Shown one piece after another: positions 16,381-20,458 of a DNA stretch of 20,458 nucleotides (positions within the stretch are counted from its first letter, which is position 1; every line of letters starts with the position of its first letter). Source of the stretch: an uncultured archaeon (GTDB lineage Archaea; Asgardarchaeota; Thorarchaeia; Thorarchaeales; Thorarchaeaceae); NCBI GenBank assembly GCA_964590575.1, contig CAZPWM010000054.1:1-20458 (forward strand), given 5' to 3'. The notes beneath the pieces are model-generated. The model was not told the origin of the DNA. It did not search any database and worked only from the letters and a program-made list of their open reading frames with translations. The position numbers and the translations under genes were made by a program.

Positions 16381-17091
16381 ATGAACCTTGATTCCCCAAG
16401 AAAACCTGAGAGTATTACTGAGTACATCAACGCCGCTCCCAAAGAGGTGCAAAAGAAATTACGCGAAATGCATGCCTGTCTTGGTAAAGCCGCACCTGGA
16501 GCAAAGGAAGGTATAGAGCGAGGCGTTCCCGCCTTTTCCTACAAAGGGGTACTATTCACATTTGCGGCAAGAAAAAATCATATCAGTTTTAATCCTACAC
16601 CAAGTGCTGTACGAGCATTTACAAAGGAACTGTCAAAATTTGAAACATCCAGTACAACAATTAGATTTCCGTTAGATAAACCACTTCCCTTAGATCTCAT
16701 TCGCAAGATTGCGGCCTTTCGCGTTCGAGATGCTAAAAACCATTGGCAGGTTCTGCGCAATTCAGAAGAGCACAAACAACTCGCGCTTAAAGCGGCAGAT
16801 AAGGCTGAGCAGGTTTTACAGATGTTCGAAGAGGAACATCCAACGGACAAACGTCCGCGAGAAGCGATAGAAGCACTTAGGGCTTGGGCGTGCGGAAAGA
16901 GAGAACTAGGTATGGTTGAGGTACGTAAGCTCTCACTGGACTCTCATGCGGCGGCTCGCGAGGCTAGGACGGATGCGGCGAGATTTGCCGCTCGCGCCGC
17001 AGGCCATGCCATCGCAACCTGGCATGTACCGAGTCATGCGCAGGGTGTTGAAGAATATGCGATAAAAGCTAGAAAAGCAGCAATGTCGTAA
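16381..17091 (+). CDS. DUF1801/YdhG-like domain fused to an Imm5-like (putative immunity) helical domain
   Basis: N-terminal ITEYINAAPKEVQKKL...APGAKEGI..GVPAFSY...HISF.P...TIRFPLDKPLPLDLIRKI; C-terminal LALKAADKAEQVL.MFE...DKRPREAIEA...HAAAREA..AARFAARAAGHAIATWHV..HA. Confidence 0.78.
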   Translation: MNLDSPRKPESITEYINAAPKEVQKKLREMHACLGKAAPGAKEGIERGVPAFSYKGVLFTFAARKNHISFNPTPSAVRAFTKELSKFETSSTTIRFPLDKPLPLDLIRKIAAFRVRDAKNHWQVLRNSEEHKQLALKAADKAEQVLQMFEEEHPTDKRPREAIEALRAWACGKRELGMVEVRKLSLDSHAAAREARTDAARFAARAAGHAIATWHVPSHAQGVEEYAIKARKAAMS

Positions 17092-17226
17092 AGAGATATT
17101 TTTTGGAGAGATGGACTTCGCACATGATTTGATAGAATACTATTTTGATTCACCATCACTACCTCTAAGTTTTACAAAAGATATTATAAGGAACCAACTG
17201 GGCAAATAGAAACTTAGGTTATTTGT

Positions 17227-18693
17227 GTGGGTAGAATTACTTCTTACTTTGGTCTTGGAAACGCAAAACCAGAGGTGGTCAGACTCACAAAAATATACAC
17301 GTCACTCGCTCTATTCATGCAAGTTGCGTTCACGATCTCCACAACATTCTACTTGATTTTTGTAGCAGAATCTTTAGGGAATAATAATTTCATTGTTGGA
17401 ATGACATACGTAGGAATCCTTGTTATAGTTGAGATGGCCATTCAGACGCTCTTTGATTATCCGACCGGAGTTATAGGTGACTGGATAGGACAGCATTACA
17501 TTTTGGCGACTGCCTATCTTACTTATGCAATTGCATTCTCCTTGGTTTCAACTGTCACAACGACCAGTCCGTTCATCCTCCTTGTCCTCATCTATTCTCT
17601 AATGGGATTTGCAGGCTCACAACAAAGCGGAGCAATTGACAGCTGGTTTGATAATAATTGGCGTGTGTCCATGCCAGAAGATGAAGGGCGGAAAGAGTAT
17701 GGAGTGTTCTTAGGGAAACTTGGAATGTTATTTTGGTTAACTAATATACTCATTTTGATTCCAGGAGGAATCCTTGCGACAGTCTTCGGAAGACCATGGG
17801 TGTTCCAGATTCAAGCAATCATGTGTGTTATAATATCAATTCTGTCATGGAAACTCGTTCGCAACCTCCCAGGTACTGAAGAGTTAGACCAAAAACGACC
17901 TACTATGGAGGAGTATTTTTCACTACTGAGAGAAGGGGTTCAGTACCTTTTCAGCAGTTCTTATGTGAAGTATTTACTCGTGGGAACAATGTTGGTCAAT
18001 AGCTGTATATCAGTTTGGGGCAATCTGATTCTCTTCCCCATGTACTATAGCTACATGCTGACAGATGTAGCAGTTGCCAGCTTTCGAACCATTGTCATGG
18101 TTCCGCTTGTCGTATACTCTGAAAGGTCAGGTGTTTGGGCAAAAAGGTATGAACCCAAAAAATGGATTCCCCGATTTCGATTTCTTCAATCAGCAGGTGC
18201 TGTGTTCTTTTGGATATTCGCGATAATTATGATTGTTTTCCCAATACCGCCGGAAGATTCACCAATGATCGACCTGTTACTCCCGGGTACAGAACTATTA
18301 ATTCTGAGAGTCCCAGTTGCTTCAGTTATACCAGTAGTGATAATGATTGTAATCTTCTTTATTTTAGGGATTTTCTTTCAACTCGCAAATGTCCTGACAT
18401 CTAGAGTATTTGTTGATGCTATCCCGAACCGAGTCAGAAATGGAGTGTATTCTCTCTTTCCAACAGTTGTTTTATTATTGAGTATTCCTCAAATTGCGTT
18501 CTTTGGATGGCTCATCTCAATATCAATTCCTACGACTCTTGTTCTAATTGGGATAATCTCGAGTATGGGTTGTTTGATGATTCGAAAAGGATTGCAATAT
18601 CCACATCCCCAAGAATTAGAGTCAGAGTTTCGAGAATCAGAAGATATCAGATTTGAGAGAATAGATGAGGAATTTGAGGATTTCGAAACCTAG
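17227..18693 (+). CDS. MFS transporter
   Basis: About 12 hydrophobic segments; FDYPTGVIGDWIGQ (motif A-like), SGAIDSWFDNN, IPNRVRNGVYSL; acidic C-terminal tail; GTG start. Confidence 0.88.
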   Translation: MGRITSYFGLGNAKPEVVRLTKIYTSLALFMQVAFTISTTFYLIFVAESLGNNNFIVGMTYVGILVIVEMAIQTLFDYPTGVIGDWIGQHYILATAYLTYAIAFSLVSTVTTTSPFILLVLIYSLMGFAGSQQSGAIDSWFDNNWRVSMPEDEGRKEYGVFLGKLGMLFWLTNILILIPGGILATVFGRPWVFQIQAIMCVIISILSWKLVRNLPGTEELDQKRPTMEEYFSLLREGVQYLFSSSYVKYLLVGTMLVNSCISVWGNLILFPMYYSYMLTDVAVASFRTIVMVPLVVYSERSGVWAKRYEPKKWIPRFRFLQSAGAVFFWIFAIIMIVFPIPPEDSPMIDLLLPGTELLILRVPVASVIPVVIMIVIFFILGIFFQLANVLTSRVFVDAIPNRVRNGVYSLFPTVVLLLSIPQIAFFGWLISISIPTTLVLIGIISSMGCLMIRKGLQYPHPQELESEFRESEDIRFERIDEEFEDFET

Positions 18694-19163
18694 TCATTGC
18701 TCATGAATCGAGTTGCTTGCCTGTATCGAGTGTCTTTGACATAATCATAGGAAGCTATCTTCCTTGGAATCACAGTCACCGCCACCCATTTTGTTAGCTT
18801 GAAGAGGCCTTCACGGTAATCAAGAGCACGTTGACTACTCATCCTACGATTGAAAATCTTCAGAGCAATCTCATCCATGTTCTCGTCGGAAATCTCAGCT
18901 TCGCCATAGATGATGACACCCCTTGTCGGAGGACCTTCATGATCAACTAAGATTGTCACCTTATTATCATGCTTAATGTTTGTAGCCTTTACACTCTCCT
19001 CCGGTGTACCGAAAACTAACTTACCGCCTTCATAGAAAAACCATACTGGAGCAGCATGAATTGATCCATCCTTGTTATGAGTACAGACACGAGCTACTGT
19101 CACGTAATTCAGAAATTCTAGGACTTCATCTGGTGAAAGAGGGGGAGATTGAGTATACGACAT
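18690..19163 (-). CDS. Pyridoxamine 5'-phosphate oxidase-like (PPOX class, FMN/F420-binding split barrel) protein
   Basis: ARVCTHNKDGSIHAAPVWFFY...KATNIKHDNKVTILVD...GVIIYGEAEI...VIPRKIASYDY. Its stop overlaps the convergent MFS stop (CTAG). Confidence 0.88.
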   Translation of the reverse strand: MSYTQSPPLSPDEVLEFLNYVTVARVCTHNKDGSIHAAPVWFFYEGGKLVFGTPEESVKATNIKHDNKVTILVDHEGPPTRGVIIYGEAEISDENMDEIALKIFNRRMSSQRALDYREGLFKLTKWVAVTVIPRKIASYDYVKDTRYRQATRFMSND

Positions 19164-19340
19164 AATTCTCACAACGCTTCATTATAGCAAGCTTAAATCA
19201 ATAACAACGCGTGGTATATGCGTTTTGGATTCTAGAAAATGGGGTTAAAATCTCCTAGGCACCATTACTCGCCTCCTCAGTTCGTACTGCTGAACGGGCA
19301 GGCTTATTTTGTGGTCTTTAAAATATAAGCGTGAGTGAAA

Positions 19341-19619
19341 ATGAGAATCAAAGCAGTTCTACGGGATACAGAGATCTTACAGATGGAGTCTGGGTCCAAG
19401 GAAAGAGTCCTAGCTGCGGCAAAGAAGAACATCGATAGAGTCGTGAATCTACCAAGTCTCTTGAAGGTGATGGGTTTGGATTTCGATGGTAGGCCAGTCA
19501 TGCTTGAAGCTCTAAAGAATTCAAAGATTCATGTATGGTTAATGAATGATGCCCAACAACATTTAATTCTCATGAGCGAGAAGAACGAAATCGAAAACCA
19601 GGGGTACCAATGGCAGTAA
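19341..19619 (+). CDS. Small hypothetical protein (about 92 aa)
   Basis: Protein-like composition, fills the intergenic gap, GTGAG SD-like motif and AT-rich TATA-like stretch upstream. No family recognised. Confidence 0.75.
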   Translation: MRIKAVLRDTEILQMESGSKERVLAAAKKNIDRVVNLPSLLKVMGLDFDGRPVMLEALKNSKIHVWLMNDAQQHLILMSEKNEIENQGYQWQ

Positions 19620-19664
19620 AGTTTCATTTTACATTTGGAAGATGATTTGATTGAATGTCCAATC

Positions 19665-20396
19665 TTACAATTTGAATCTGGCAAGTCGTCTATGAATTTC
19701 CTCTGAGACTGATATCTTCCGACCCGGGGCACTTTTTAGTAATTGCTCTATATCACCAACAAGCCGAGTTCGATCATCTTCTAACTCCATTCGAAGATCA
19801 TCTGTGAGGACACCAATCCTTTCAATCCTGTGAACTAACTCAATCTGTTGAAGCAAGTTGTCCATCAGCTCCGCAAAGAGAGTTTCGTTTTCCCTATCAT
19901 CATCTAGTTCGGAATCTAAACGGTCCTCTTCAACTTCAAGAAGATATCTGAGGGCTTCGAAAGCATTTGCATTATCACCATATTGTTCAACTTGATCCCT
20001 TGCAAGTTCAAATGCCTCATCAACCCGCTCCTCCGAATAAAGTATCCTACATAGGTCTTCAAGTGCACAATAACCAGCAGGATTGTTCTGAATGAATTCT
20101 TTGTAGAGCAGTTCTGCTTCTTCAGTTCTCAGAGCCTGATCTAATAACCTGCCCAAGCCACAAACCGCATCCTCATGGTTAGGGTTTCGGACTAATACTG
20201 CCCTGAATGTGGATTCAGCATCATGATCGTTACACAAGCGAGCCTGGATTTCTCCAAGCTTGGTCATAAGTTCAAGATTGTCAGGATCAGCTGTAAGTTG
20301 TTCTTTTACAAGTACCTCAGCTTCCAGCTCCCGCTCATCCTGACAGAGATCCTTGACTTTCTGGATTACTTCGTTAGACTCATGGTTCATCGTCAT
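19665..20396 (-). CDS. Tetratricopeptide repeat protein with acidic helical C-terminus
   Basis: TPR-like units: DPDNLELMTKLGEIQ..., AESTFRAVLVRNPNHEDAVCGLGRLL..., AELLYKEFIQNNP. ATG 20396 or 20390 preferred over GTG 20453. Confidence 0.82.
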   Translation of the reverse strand: MTMNHESNEVIQKVKDLCQDERELEAEVLVKEQLTADPDNLELMTKLGEIQARLCNDHDAESTFRAVLVRNPNHEDAVCGLGRLLDQALRTEEAELLYKEFIQNNPAGYCALEDLCRILYSEERVDEAFELARDQVEQYGDNANAFEALRYLLEVEEDRLDSELDDDRENETLFAELMDNLLQQIELVHRIERIGVLTDDLRMELEDDRTRLVGDIEQLLKSAPGRKISVSEEIHRRLARFKL

Positions 20397-20458
20397 GACC
20401 TTTAAGGAAAGATTGTAGGCAATTATGGCAAACTCCTTTTTAAAGAGAATCACAAATC

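Noticed and set aside
18690-18693. Overlapping stop codons (CTAG) of convergent MFS and PNPOx-like genes
   Set aside because: Common feature of compact prokaryotic genomes.
19277-19292. tRNA T-arm-like CAGTTCGTACTG
   Set aside because: No acceptor stem, D-arm or anticodon arm can be built around it.
1-20458. CRISPR array, transposase, integrase, rRNA or recognisable defence system
   Set aside because: No regularly spaced direct repeats or diagnostic motifs seen; intergenic gaps are all short.

Overview
Gene-dense archaeal chromosomal segment with about 18 CDS; no rRNA, tRNA, CRISPR array or transposase was seen. TATA-like boxes about 25-30 nt before starts, GGTGA/GAGGT Shine-Dalgarno motifs and C-terminal TM + RRR anchors point to an archaeon, most plausibly Asgard/Thorarchaeia-like (inference only). 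Contents in order: end of a membrane-anchored surface protein, a hypothetical protein, a PNPOx-like protein, a GNAT::SSB-type OB-fold fusion, an MFS transporter whose apparent true N-terminus contains an in-frame TGA, two tandem EutA-like ASKHA ATPases with a shared unexplained N-terminal domain and no eutBC nearby, a divergent wHTH-like gene with a perfect 20-bp palindrome over its start codon, an Ldh_2 dehydrogenase, a VOC protein, an aldo/keto reductase, a QueG/RdhA-like Fe-S protein, a secreted DUF6345-like protein with an internal anchor plus second signal-like segment, a GH3 glycosidase, a DUF1801::Imm5-like fusion, a second MFS, a second PNPOx-like protein, a small hypothetical and a TPR protein. 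The best candidate for an undescribed system is the orphan double-EutA operon with its divergent regulator and operator. All family calls are from motif recognition by eye, not database searches.
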